The notes under the pieces are model-generated. The model had not been told where the DNA came from and ran no database searches. It was given only the letters and a program-made list of their open reading frames with translations. A program made the position numbers and the translations under genes. Positions 25,701-43,700 of a DNA stretch of 64,000 nt are shown here, piece by piece. How positions within the stretch are numbered: position 1 is the first letter of the stretch; each line of letters begins with the position of its first letter. The stretch is from Eledone cirrhosa. Taxonomy: Eukaryota. The stretch lies in assembly GCA_964016885.1 (NCBI GenBank), contig OZ024740.1, positions 22,258,001 to 22,322,000 on the forward strand, given 5' to 3'.

Positions 25701-28700
25701 CTCCACAATATCACACACTGCTCCACAATATCACACACAGCCCCACAATATCACACACACACCCACAATATCACACACAGCTCCACAATATCACACACAG
25801 CACCACAATTTCACACAGCTCCACAAAATCACACACAGCCCCACAATATCACACACCATTCCATAGAATCACACACAGCTCTACAATATTACACACAGAT
25901 CCACAATATCACACACATCTACACAATATCACACACAGCTCTACAACATCACACACAACTCAACAATATCAAACACAGCCTCACAATATCACATACAGCT
26001 CCACAATATCACACACAGCTCCACAATATCACACACAGCTCCACAATATCACACACAGGCCCACAATATCATACACTATTCCACAATATCACACACAGCC
26101 CCACAATATCACAGAATATTCCACAATATCACACACAGCTCCACAATATCACACACAGCCCTACAATATCACACACAGCCCCACAATATCACACACAGCC
26201 CCACAATATCACACACAGATTCACAACATCAGACACAGCTCCACAATATCACACACAGCCTCACAATATCACATACAGCTCCACAATATCACACACAGCT
26301 CCACAATATCATACACAGCTCCACAATATCACACACAGGCCCACAATATCATACACTATTCCACAATATCACACACAGCCCCACAATATCACAGAATATT
26401 CCACAATATCACACACAGCTCCACAATATCACACACAGCTCCACAATATCACACACAGCCCCACAACATCACACACTATTCCCCAATATCACACACTATT
26501 CTACAATATCACACACAGCCCCACAATATCACACACAGCTCCACAATATCACATACAGCTCCACAATATCGCACACAGACCCACAATAACACACAGAGCT
26601 CCACAATTTCACACAGCCCCACAATATCACACACATTTCCACAATATCACACACAGCCCCACAATATCACACACAGCTCAACAATATCACACACAGCCTC
26701 ACAATATCACATACAGCTCCACAATATCACACACAGCTCAAAAATATCACACACAGATGCACAATATCACACACAGTTCCACAATATCACACACAGCTGC
26801 ACAATATCACACACGGCCCCACAAAATCACACACAGCCCCACAGTATCACACACAGCTCCACAATTTCACACAGCCCCACAATATCACACACAGCTCCAC
26901 AGTATCACATACAGCTCCACAATATCACACACATCTCCACAATATCACACACAGCACCACAATATCACACACAGCTCCACAATATCACACACAGATCCAC
27001 AATATCACACACAGCCCCACAATATCACACACTATTCCACAATATCACACACAGCTCCACAATATCACACACAGCTCCACAATATCACACCCAGCCCCAC
27101 AACATCACACACTATTCCATAATATCAAACACTATTCTACAATATCACACACAGCCCCACAATATCACACACAGCCCCACAATATCACACACAACTCCAC
27201 AATATCACACACAGCTCCACAATTTCACACAGCCCCACAATATCACACACATCTCCACAATATCACACACAGCTCTACAATATCACACACAGCGCAACAA
27301 TATCACACACATTTCTATAATATCACACACAGCTCTACAACATCACACACAACTCAACAATATCACACACAGCTCCACAATATCACACACAGCCCCACAA
27401 TATCACACACAACTCCACAATTTCACACAGCCCCACAATATCACACACATCTCCACAATATCACACACAGCTCTACAATATCACACACAGCTCAACAATA
27501 TCACACACATCTCCATAATATCACACACAGCTCTACAACATCACACACAACTCAACAATATCAAACACAGCCTCACAATATCACATACAGCTCCACAATA
27601 TCACACTCAGCTCCACAATATTACACACAGCTCCAAAATACCACACACAGGCCCACAATATCACACACTATTCCACAATATCACACACAGCCCCACAATA
27701 TCACACACTATTCCACAATATCACACACTATTTTACAATATCACACACAGCCTCACAATATCACATACAGCTCCACAATATCACACACAGCTGCACAATA
27801 TCACACACAGATCCACAATATCACACACAACTGCACAATATCACACACAGCCCCACAATATCACACACAGCCCCACAGTATCACACACAGCTCTACAATA
27901 TCACACACAGCATCACAATATCACACACTATTCCACAATATCACACACTATTTTACAATATCACACACAGCCCCACAATATCACACACTATTTTACAATA
28001 TCACAAACAGCCCCACAATATCACACACAGCCCCACAATACCACACACAGCTCCACAATATCACATACAGCTCCACAATATCACACACAGACCCACAATA
28101 TCACACACAGACCACAATTTCACAGCCCCACAATATCACACACATCACAACAATATCACACACAGCCCCACAATATCACACACGGCCCCACAATATCACA
28201 CACAGCTCCACAATATCATACACAGTTGCACAATTTCACAGCACCACAATATCACACACATCACTAACAATATCACACACAGCCCCACAATATCACACAC
28301 AGCTCCACAATATCACGCACAGCCCCACAATATCACACACAGCTCCACAATATCACACACAGCTCCGCAATAGCACACACAGCTCCACAATATCACACAC
28401 AGCTCCACAATGTCACCCACAGCTCCACAATATCACACGAAGCTCCACAATATCACACACAGGCCCCCACAATATCACACACTATTCCACAATATCACAC
28501 ACAGCCCCACAATATCACACACTATTCTACAATATCACACACAGCTCCACAATATCACACACAGCCCAACAATATCACACACAGCCCCACAATATCACAC
28601 ACAGCCTCACATATCACACGCAGCCCCACAATATCACACACAGCCCCACAATATCACACACAGCTCCACAATATCACACACTGCTCCACAATATCACACA

Positions 28701-28772
28701 CAGCCCCACAATATCACACACACACCCACAATATCACACACAGCTCCACAATATCACACACAGCACCACAAT
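22757..28772. repeat. Near-perfect 2963-bp tandem duplication within the satellite
   Basis: Seen: identical ORFs at 23794/26757; ORFs at 25447/28410 with the same N-terminal sequence; marker CCATTCCATAGAATC at 22893/25856. All offsets are 2963. Confidence 0.9.
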
Positions 28773-31700
28773 ATCACATACAGCTCCACAATATCACACA
28801 AAGCCCCACAATATCACACACTATTCCACAATATCACACACAGCTCCACAATATCACACACAGCCCCACAATATCACATACAGCTCCACAATATCACACA
28901 CAGACCCACAATATCACACACAGTTTCACAACATCAGACACAGATCCACAATATCACACCCAGCCCCACAATATCACACACAGCTCCACAATATCACACA
29001 CAGCCCCACAATATCACACACAGCTCCACAATATCAACACAGCTCCGCAATATCACACACAGCTCAACAATATCACACACATCTCCATAATATCACACAC
29101 AGCTCTACAACTTCACACACAACTCAACAATATCACACACAGACTCACAATATCACATACAGCTCCACAATATCACACACAGCTCCACAATATCACACAC
29201 AGCTCCACAATATCACACACAGGCCCACAATATCACACACCATTCCACAATATCACACACAGCCCCACAATATCACACACTATTCCACAATATCAAAAAC
29301 TATTTTACAATATCACACACAGCCTCACAATAGCACATACAGCTCCACAATATCACACACAGCTCCACAATATCACACACAGCTGCACAATATCACACAC
29401 AGATCCACAATATCACACACAGCTGCACAATATCACACACAGCCCCACAATATCACACACAGCCACACAGTATCACACACAGCTCTACAATATCACACAC
29501 AGCATCACAATATCACACACAGCCCCACAATATCACACACTATTTTACAATAACACACACAGCCCCACAATATCACACACAGCCCCACAATACCACACAC
29601 AGCCCCACAATATCACATACAGCTCCACAATATTACACACAGACCCACAATATCACACACAGCTCCGCAATAGCACACACAGCTCCACAATATCATACAC
29701 AATTGCACAATTTCACAGCACCACAGTATCACACACATCACCACAATATCACACACAGCCCCACAATATCACACACAGCTCCACAATATCACACACAGCT
29801 CGACAATATCATACACAGTTGCACAATTTCACAGCACCACAATATCACACACATCACCACAATATCACACACAGCCCCACAATATCACACACAGCTCCAC
29901 AATATCACACACAGCCCCACAATATCACACACAGCTCCACAATATCACACACAGCTCCGCAATAGCACACACAGCTCCACAATTTCACAGACAGCTCCAC
30001 AATATCACACACAGCTCCACAATATCTCACACAGCACCTCAATATCACACACTATTCCACAATATCACACACAGCCCCACAATATCACACACAGGCCCAC
30101 AATATCACACACAGCTCCACAATATCACATACAGCCACACAATATCACACACGGCCACACCATATCACACACCGCTCTACAACATCACACACAACTCAAC
30201 AATATCACACACAGACTCACAATATCACATACAGCTCCACAATATCACACACAGCTCCACAATATCACACACAGCTCCACAATATCACACACAGGCCTAC
30301 AATATCACACACTATTCCACAATATCACACACAGCCCCACAATATCACACACTATTCCACAATATCACACAAAGCTCCACAATATCACACACAGCTCCAC
30401 AATATCACACACAGCCCCACGATATCACACACAGATTCACCATATCAGACACAGCTCCACAATATCACACACAGCCCCACAATATCACACACAGCTCCAC
30501 AATATCACACACTGCCCCACAATATCACACACGGCTCCACAATATCAACACAGCTCCGCAATATCACACACAGCTCCACAATATCACACACAGATCCACA
30601 ATATCACACACAGCCTCACAATATCACACACAGCCCCACAATATCACACACAGTTCCACAATATCACATACAGCTCCACAATATCGCACACAGAACCACA
30701 ATATCACACACAGCTCCACAATTTCACACAGCCCCACAATACCACACACAGCTCCACAGTATCACATACAGCTCCACAATATCACACACATCTCCACAAT
30801 ATCACACACAGCACCACAATATCACACACAGCTCCACAATATCACACACAGATCCACAATATCACACACAGCCCCACAATATCACACACTATTCCACAAT
30901 ATCACACACAGCCCCACAATATCACACAGAGCTCCACAATATCACACCCAGCCCCACAACATCACACACTATTCCACAATATCAAACACTATTCTACAAT
31001 ATCACACACAGCCCCACAATATCACACACTATTCTACAATATCACACACAGCTCCACAATATCACACACAGCCCCACAATATCACACACAGCCCCACAAT
31101 ATCACACACTATTCCACAATATCACACACAGCTCCACAATATCACACACAGCCCACAATATCACACACAGCTCCACAATATCACACACAGCCCCACGATA
31201 TCACACACAGATTCACAATATCAGACACAGCTCCACAATATCACACACAGCCCCACAATATCACACACATCACCACAATATCACACACAGCCCCACAATA
31301 TCACACACGGCCCCACAATATCACACACAGCTCCACAATATCATACACAGTTGCACAATTTCACAGCACCACAATATCACACACATCACCACAATATCAC
31401 ACACAGCTCCACAATATCACACACAGCTCCACAATATCACACACAGCCCCACAATATCACACACAGCTCCACAATATCACACACAGCCCCACAATATCAC
31501 ACACACACCCACAATATCACACACAGCTCCACAATATCAAACACAGCTCCACAATGTCACACACAGCTCCACAATATCACACGAAGCTCCACAATATCAC
31601 ACACAGGCCCACAATATCACACACTATTCCACAATATCACACACAGCCCCACAATATCACACACTATTCTACAATATCACACACAGCTCCACAATATCAC

Positions 31701-34700
31701 ACACAGCCCCACAATATCACACACAGCCCCACAATATCACACACAGCCTCACATATCACACACAGCCCCACAATATCACACACAGCTCCACAATATCACA
31801 CACAGCTCCACAATATCACACACAGCCCCACAATATCACACACACACCCACAATATCACACACAGCTCCACAATATCACACACAGCACCACAATTTCACA
31901 CAGCTCCACAAAATCACACACAGCCCCGCAATATCACACACTATTCCATAGAATCACACACAGCTTCACAATATTACACACAGCTCCACAATATCACACA
32001 TATCTACACAATATCACACACAGCTCTACAACATCACACACAACTCAACAATATCAAACACAGCATCACAATATCACATACAGCTCCACAATATCACACA
32101 CAGCCCCACAATATCACACACAGCTCCACAATATCTCACACAGGCCCACAATATCACACACTATTCCCCAATATCACACAGAGCCCCACAATATCACACA
32201 CTATTCCACAATATCACACACAGCTCCACAATATCACACACAGCCCCACAATATCACATACAGCTCCACAATATCACACACAGACCCACAATATCACACA
32301 CAGATTCACAACATCAGACATAGCTCCACAATATCACACACAGCCCCACAATATCACACACAGCTCCACAATATCACACACAGCCCCACAATATCACACA
32401 CAGCTCCACAATATCAACACAGCTCCGCAATATCACACACAGCTCAACAATATCACACACATCTCCATAATATCACACACAGCTCTACAACATCACACAC
32501 AACTCAACAATATCACACACAGCCTCACAATATCACATACAGCTCCACAATATCACACACAGTTCCACAATATCACACACAGGCCCACAATATCACACAC
32601 TATTCCACAATATCACACACAGCCCCACAATATCACACACTATTCCACAATATCACACACTATTTTACAATATCACACACAGCCTCACAATAGCACATAC
32701 AGCTCCACAATATCACACACAGCTCCACAATATCACACACAGCTGCACAATATCACACACAGATCTACAATATCACACACAGCTGCACAATATCACACAC
32801 AGCCCCACAATATCACACACAGCCCCACAGTATCACACACAGCTCTACAATATCACACACAGCATCACAATATCACACACAGCCCCACAATATCACACAC
32901 TATTTTACAATAACACACACAGCCCCACAATATCACACACAGCCCCACAATACCACACACAGCTCCACAATAGCACATACAGCTCCACAATATTACACAC
33001 AGACCCACAATATCAAACACAGACCCCAATTTCACAGCCCCACAATATCACACACATCACCACAATATCACACACAGCCCCACAATATCACACACGGCCA
33101 CACCATATCACACACAGCTCCACAATATCATACACAGTTGCACAATTTCACAGCATCACAATATCACACACATCACCACAATATCACACACAGCCCCACA
33201 ATATCACACACATCCCCACAATATCACACACAGCCCCACAATATCACACACAGCTCCACAATATCACACACAGCTCCACAATAGCACACACAGCTCCACA
33301 ATATCACACACAGCTCCACAATGTCACACACAGCTCCACAATATCACACGAAGCTCCACAATATCACACACAGGCCCACAATATCACACACTGTTCCACA
33401 CTATCACACACAGCCCCACAATATCACACACTATTCTACAATATCACACACAGCTCCACAATATCACACACAGCCCCACAATATCACACACAGCCCCACA
33501 ATATCACACACAGCCTCACATATCACACACAGCCCCACAATATCACACACAGCCCCACAATATCACACACAGCTCCACAATATCACACACAGCACCTCAA
33601 TATCACACACTATTCCACAATATCACACACAGCTCCACAATATCACACACAGCCCACAATATCACACACAGCTCCACAATATCACACACAGCCCCACGAT
33701 ATCACACACAGATTCACAATATCAGACACATCTCCACAATATCACACACAGCCCCACAATATCACACACAGCTCCACAATATCACACACAGCCCCACAAT
33801 ATCACACACAGCTCCACAATATCAACACAGCTCCGCAATATCACACACAGCTCCACAATATCACACACAGATCCACAATATCACACACAGCCTCACAATA
33901 TCACACACAGCCCCACAATATCACACACAGCTCCACAATATCACATACAGCTCCACAATATCGCACACAGACTCACAATATCACACACAGCTCCACAATT
34001 TCACACAGCCCCACAATATCACACACAGCTCCACAGTATCACATACAGCTCCACAATATCACACACATCTCCACAATATTACACACAGCACCACAATATC
34101 ACACACAGCTCCACAATATCACACACAGATCCACAATATCACACACAGCCCCACAATATCACACACTATTCCACAATATCACACACAGCCCCACAATATC
34201 ACACACAGCTCCACAATATCACACCCAGCCCCACAACATCACACACTATTCCACAATATCAAACACTATTCTACAATATCACACACAGCCCCACAATATC
34301 ACACACAGCCCCACAATATCACACACAACTCCACAATATCACACACAGCTCCACAATTTCACACAGCCCCACAATATCACACACATCTCCACAATATCAC
34401 ACACAGCTCTACAATATCACACACAGCGCAACAATATCACACACATCTCTATAATATCACACACAGCTCTACAACATCACACACAACTCAACAATATCAC
34501 ACACAGCCCCACAATATCACACACAGCCCCACAATATCACACACAACTAAACAATATCAAACACAGCTCCACAATTTCACACAGCCCCACAATATCACAG
34601 ACATCTCCACAATATCACACACAGCTCTACAATATCACACACAGCTCAACAATATCACACACATCTCCATAATATCACACACAGCTCTACAACATCACAC

Positions 34701-37700
34701 ACAACTCAACAATATAACACACAGCCTCACAATATCACACACAGCTCCACAATATCACACACAGCTCCACAATATCACACACAGCTCCACAATATCACAC
34801 ACTGGCCCACAATATCGCACACTATTCCACAATATCACACACAGCCCCACAATATCACACACTATTCCACAATATCACACACTATTTTACAATATCAAAC
34901 ACAGCCTCACAATATCACATACAGCTGCACAATATCACACACAGCCCCACAATATCACACACAGCCCCACAGTATCACACACAGCTCTACAATATCACAC
35001 ACAGCATCACAATATCACACACAGCCCCACAATATCACACACTATTTTACAATATCACACACAGCCCCACAATATCACACACAGCCCCACAATACAACAC
35101 ACAGCTCCACAATATCACATACAGCTCCACAATATCACACACAGACCCACAATATCACACACAGACCACAATTTCACAGCCCCACAATATCACACACATC
35201 ACCACAATATCACACACAGCCCCACAATATCACACACGGCCCCACAATATCACACACAGCTCCACAATTAAATACACAGTTGCACAATTTCACAGCACCA
35301 CAATATCACACACATCACCACAATATCACACACAGCCCCACAATATCACACACAGCTCCACAATATCACACACAGCCCCACAATATCACACACAGCTCCA
35401 CAATATCACACACAGCTCCACAATAGCACACACAGCTGCACAATATCACACACAGCTCCACAACTCACACACAGCTCCACAATATCACACGAAGCTCCAC
35501 AATATCACACACAGGCCCACAATATCACACACTATTCCACAATATCACACACAGCCCCACAATATCACACACTATTCTACAATATCACACACAGCTCCAC
35601 AATATCACAGACAGCCCCACAATATCACACACAGCCCCACAATATCACACACAGCCTCACATATCACACGCAGCCCCACAATATCACACACAGCCCCACA
35701 ATATCACACACAGCTCCACAATATCACACACAGCCCCACAATATCACACACACACCCACAATATCACACACAGCTCCACAATATCACACACAGCACCACA
35801 ATTTCACACAGCTCCACAAAATCACACACAGACCCACAATATCACACACCATTCCATAGAATCACACACAGCTCCAAAATATTACACACAGATCCACAAT
35901 ATCACACGCATCTACACAATATCACACACAGCTCTACAACATCACACACAACTCAACAATATCAAACACAGCCTCACAATATCACATACAGCTCAACAAT
36001 ATCACACACAGCTCCACAATATCACACACAGCTCCACAATATCACACACAGGCCCACAATATCATACACTATTCCACAATATCACACACAGCCCCACAAT
36101 ATCACACAATATTCCACAATATCACACACAGCTCCACAATATCACACACAGCCCCACAATATCACGCACAGCCCCACAATATCACACACAGCCCCACAAT
36201 ATCACACACTGTTCCACAATATCAAACACAGCTCCACAATATCACACACAGCTCCACAATATCACACACAGCCCCACAACATCACACACTATTCCCCAAT
36301 ATCACACACTATTCTACAATATCACACACAGCCTCACAATATCACACACAGCCCCACAATATCACACACAGCTCCACAATATCACATACAGCTCCACAAT
36401 ATCGCACACAGACCCACAATATCACACACAGCTCCACAATAACACACAGAGCTCCACAATTTCACACAGCCCCACAATATCACACACATTTCCACAATAT
36501 CACACACAGCCCCACAATATCACACACAGCTCAACAATATCACACACAGCCTCACAATATCACATACAGCTCCACAATATCACACACAGCTCAAAAATAT
36601 CACACACAGATGCACAATATCACACACAGATCCACAATATCACACACAGCTGCACAATATCACACACAGCCCCACAAAATCACACACAGCCCCACAGTAT
36701 CACACACAGCTCCACAATTTCACACAGCCCCACAATATCACACACAGCTCCACAGTATCACATACAGCTCCACAATACACACACATCTCCACAATATCAC
36801 ACACAGCACCACAATATCACACACAGCTCCACAATATCACACACAGATCCACAATATCACACACAGCCCCACAATATCACACACTATTCCACAATATCAC
36901 ACACAGCTCCACAATATCACACACAGCTCTACAATATCACACCCAGCCCCACAACATCACACACTATTCCATAATATCAAACACTATTCTACAATATCAC
37001 ACACAGCCCCACAATATCACACACAGCCCCACAATATCACACACAACTCCACAATATCACACACAGCTCCACAATTTCACACAGCCCCACAATATCACAC
37101 ACATCTCCACAATATCACACACAGCTCTACAATATCACACACAGCGCAACAATATCACACACATCTCTATAATATCACACACAGCTCTACAACATCACAC
37201 ACAACTCAACAATATCACACACAGCTCCACAATATCACACACAGCCCCACAATATCACACACAACTCCACAATTTCACACAGCCCCACAATATCACACAC
37301 ATCTCCACAATATCACACACAGCTCTACAGTATCACACACAGCTCAACAATATCACACACATCTCCATAATATCACACACAGCTCTACAACATCACACAC
37401 AACTCAACAATATCAAACACAGCCTCACAATATCACATACAGCTCCACAATATCACACTCAGCTCCACAATATTACACACAGCTCCACAATATCACACAC
37501 AGCTGCACAATATCACACACAGCCCCACAATATCACACACAGCCCCACAGTATCACACACAGCTCTACAATATCACACACAGCATCACAATATCACACAC
37601 AGCCCCAAAATATCACACACTATTTTACAATATCACACACAGCCCCACAATATCACATACAGCTCCACAATATCACACACAGCTCCACAATATCACACAC

Positions 37701-40700
37701 AGCTGCACAATATCACACACAGATCCACAATATCACACACAGCTGCACAATATCACACACAGCCCCACAATATCACACACAGCCCCACAGTATCACACAC
37801 AGCTCTACAATATCACACACAGCATCACAATATCACACACAGCCCCACAATATCACACACTATTTTACAATATCAAACACAGCCCCACAATATCACACAC
37901 TATTTTACAATATCACGCACAGCCCCACAATATCACACACAGCGCCACAATACCACACACAGCTCCACAATATCACATACAGCTCCACAATATCACACAC
38001 AGACCCACAATATCACACACAGACCACAATTTCACAGCCCCACAATATCACACACATCACCACAATATCACACACAGCCCCACAATATCACACACGGCCC
38101 CACAATATCACACACAGCTCCACAATATCATACACAGTTGCACAATTTCACAGCACCACAATATCACACACATCACCACAATATCACACACAGCCCCACA
38201 ATATCACACACAGCTCCACAATATCACACACAGCCCCACAATATCACACACAGCTCCACAATATCACACACAGCTCCGCAATAGCACACACAGCTCCACA
38301 ATATCACACACAGCTCCACAATGTCACACACAGCTCCACAATATCACACGAAGCTCCACAATATCACACACAGGCCCCCACAATATCACACACTATTCCA
38401 CAATATCACACACAGACCCACAATATCACACACTATTCTACAATATCACACACAGCTCCACAATATCACAGACAGCCCCACAATATCACACACAGCCCCA
38501 CAATATCACACACAGCCTCACATATCACACGCAGCCCCACAATATCACACACAGCCCCACAATATCACACACAGCTCCACAATATCACACACAGCTCCAC
38601 AATATCACACACAGCCCCACAATATCACACACACACCCACAATATCACACACAGCTCCACAATATCACACACAGCACCACAATTTCACACAGCTCCACAA
38701 AATCACACACAGCCCCGCAATATCACACACTATTCCATAGAATCACACACAGCTCCGCAATATTACACACAGCTCCACAATATCACACACATCTACACAA
38801 TATCACACACAGCTCTACAACATCACACACAACTCAACAATATCAAACACAGCCTCACAATATCACATACAGCTCCACAATATCACACACAGCCCCACAA
38901 TATCACACACAGCTCCACAATATCTCACACAGGCCCACAATATCACACACTATTCCACAATATCACAGACAGCCCCACAATATCACACACTATTCCACAA
39001 TATCACACACAGCTCCACAATATCACACACAGCCCCACAATATCACATACAGCTCCACAATATCACACACAGACCCACAATATCACACACAGATTCACAA
39101 CATCAGACACAGCTCCACAATATCACACACAGCCCCACAATATCACACACAGCTCCACAATATCACACACAGCCCCACAATATCACACACAGCTCCACAA
39201 TATCAACACAGCTGCGCAATATCACACACAGCTCAACAATATCACACACATCTCCATAATATCACACACAGCTCTACAACATCACACACAACTCAACAAT
39301 ATCAAACACAGCCTCTCAATATCACATACAGCTCCACAATATCACACACAGCTCCACAATATCACACACAGCTCCACAATATCACACACAGGCCCACAAT
39401 ATCACACACTATTCCACAATATCACACACAGCCCCACAATATCACACACTATTCCACAATATCAAAAACTATTTTACAATATCACACACAGCCTCACAAT
39501 AGCACATACAGCTCCACAATATCACACACAGCTCCACAATATCACACACAGCTGCACAATATCACACACAGATCCACAATATCACACACAGCTGCACAAT
39601 ATCACACACAGCCCCACAATATCACACACAGCCACACAGTATCACACACAGCTCTACAATATCACACACAGCATCACAATATCACACACAGCCCCACAAT
39701 ATCACACACTATTTTACAATAACACACACAGCCCCACAATATCACACACAGCCCCACAATACCACATACAGCTCCACAATATCACATACAGCTCCACAAT
39801 ATTACACACAGACCCACAATATCACACACAGCTCCGCAATAGCACACACAGCTCCACAATATCATACACAGTTGCACAATTTCACAGCACCACAATATCA
39901 CGCACATCACCACAATATCACACACAGCCCCACAATATCACACACAGCTCCACAATATCACACACAGCTCCACAATATCATACACAGTTGCACAATTTCA
40001 CAGCACCACAATATCACACACATCACCACAATATCACACACAGCCCCACAATATCACACACAGCCCCACAATATCACACACAGCCCCACAATATCACACA
40101 CAGCTCTACAATATCACACACAGCTCCGCAATAGCACACACAGCCCCACAATATCACAGACAGCTCCACAATGTCACACACAGCTCCACAATATCACACG
40201 AAGCTCCACAATATCACCCACAGCCCCACAATATCACACACTATTCCACAATATCACACACAGCACCACAATATCACACACTATTCTACAATATCACACA
40301 CAGCTCCACAATATCACACACAGCCCCACAATATCACACACAGCCCCACAATATCACACACAGCCTCACATATCACACGCAGCCCCACAATATCACACAC
40401 AGCCCCACAATATCACACACAGCTCCACAATATCACACACAGCTCCACAATATCACACACAGCCCCACAATATCACACACACACCCACAATATCACACAC
40501 AGCTCTACAATATCACACGCAGCACCACAATTTCACACAGCTCCACAAAATCACACACAGCCCCGCAGTATCACACACTATTCCATAGAATCACACACAG
40601 CTCCACAATATTACACACAGCTCCACAATATCACACACATCTACACAATATCACACACAGCTCTACAACATCACACACAACTCAACAATATCAAACACAG

Positions 40701-43700
40701 CCTCACAATATCACATACAGCTCCACAATATCACACACAGCCCCACAATATCACACACAGCTCCACAATATCTCACACAGGCCCACAATATCACACACTA
40801 TTCCACAATATCACACACAGCCCCACAATATCACACACTATTCCACAATATCACACACAGCTCCACAATATCACACACAGCCCCACAATATCACATACAG
40901 CTCCACAATATCACACACAGACCCACAATATCACACACAGATCCACAACATCAGACACAGCTCCACAATATCACACACAGCCCCACAATATCACACACAG
41001 CTCCACAATATCACACACAGCCCCACAATATCACACACAGCTCCACAATAGCAACACAGCTCCGCAATATCACACACAGCTCAACAATATCACACACATC
41101 TCCACAATATCACACACAGCTCCACAATATCACATACAGCTCCACAATATCACACACAGCTCCACAATATCACACACAGCTCCACAATATCACACACAGG
41201 CCCACAATATCACACACTATTCCACAATATCACACACAGCCCCACAATATCACACACAGCCTCACATATCACACACAGCCCCACAATATCACACACAGCC
41301 CCACAATATCACACACAGCTCCACAATATCACACACAGCTCTACAATATCACACACAGCACCTCAATATCACACACTATTCCACAATATCAAAAACAGCC
41401 CCACAATATCACACACAGGCCCACAATATCACACACAGCTCCACAATATCACATACAGCCACACTATATCACACACGGTCACACCATATCACACACAGCT
41501 CTACAACATCACACACAACTCAACAATATCACACACAGACTCACAATATCACACACAGCTCCACAATACCACACACAGCTCCACAATATCACACACAGGC
41601 CTACAATATCACACACTATTCCACAATATCACACACAGCCCCACAATATCACACACTATTCCACAATATCACACACAGCTCCACAATATCACACACAGCC
41701 CCACAATATCACACACAGCTCCACAATATCACACACAGCCCCACAATATCACACACAGCTCCACAATATCAACACAGCTCCGCAATATCACACACAGCTC
41801 CACAATATCACACACAGATCCACAATATCACACAGAGCCTCACAATATCACACACAGCCCCACAATATCACACACAGCTCCACAATATCACATACAGCTC
41901 CACAATATCGCACACAGACCCACAATATCACACACAGCTCCACAATTTCACACAGCCCCACAATATCACACACAGCTCCACAGTATCACATACAGCTCCA
42001 CAATATCACACACATCTCCACAATATCACACACAGCACCACAATATCACACACAGCTCCACTATATCACACACAGCCCCACAATATCACACACAGCCCCA
42101 CAATATCACACACTATTCCACAATATCACACACAGCCCCACAATATCACACACAGCTCCACAATATCACACCCAGCCCCACAACATCACACACTATTCCA
42201 CAATATCAAACACTATTCTACAATATCACACACAGCCCCACAATATCACACACAACTCCACAATATCACACACAGCTCCACAATTTCACACAGCCCCACA
42301 ATATCACACACATCTCCACAATATCACACACAGCTCTACAATATCACACACAGCGCAACAATATCACACACATCTCTATAATATCACACACAGCTCTACA
42401 ACATCACACACAACTCAACAATATCACACACAGCCCCACAATATCAAACACAGCCCCACAATATCACACACAACTACACAATATCAAACACAGCTCCACA
42501 ATTTCACACAGCCCCACAATATCACACACATCTCCACAATATCACACACAGCTCTACAATATCACACACAGCTCAACAACATCACACACATCTCCATAAT
42601 ATCACACACAGCTCTACAACATCACACACAACTCAACAATATCACACACAGCCTCACAATATCACATATAGCTCCACAATATCACACACAGCTCCACAAT
42701 ATCACACAGAGCTCCCCAATATCACACACTGGCCCACAATATCACACACTATTCCACAATATCACACACAGCCCCACAATATCACACACTATTCCACAAT
42801 ATCACACACTATTTTACAATATCACACACAGCCTCACAATATCACATACAGCTCCACAATATCACACACAGCTGCACAATATCACACACAGCCCCACAAT
42901 ATCACACACAGTCCCACAGTATCACACACAGCTCTACAATATCACACACAGCATCACAATATCACACACAGCCCCACAATATCACACACTATTTTACAAT
43001 ATCACACACAGCCCCACAATATCACACACAGCCCCACAATACCACACACAGCTCCACAATATCACATACAGCTCCACAATATCACACACAGCCCCACAAT
43101 ATCACACACATCACCACAATATCACACACAGCCCCACAATATCACACACGGCCCCACAATATCACACACAGCTCCACAATATCATACACAGTTGCACAAT
43201 TTCACAGCACCACAATATCACACACATCACCACAATATCACACACAGCCCCACAATATCACACACAGCTCCACAATATCACACACAGCCCCACAATATCA
43301 CACACAGCTCCACAATATCACACACAGCTCCACAATAGCACACACAGCTCCACAATATCACACACAGCTCCACAAGCCACACACAGCTCCACAATATCAC
43401 ATGAAGCTCCACAATATCACACACAGGCCCACAATATCACACACTATTCCACAATATCACACACAGCCCCACAATATCACACACTATTCTACAATATCAC
43501 ACACAGCTCCACAATATCACACACAGCCCCACAATATCACACACAGCCCCACAATATCACACACAGCCTCACATATCACACGCAGCCCCACAATATCACA
43601 CACAGCCCCACAATATCACACACAGCTCCACAATATCACACACAGCTCCACAATATCACACACAGCACCTCAATATCACACACAGCTCCACAATATCACA

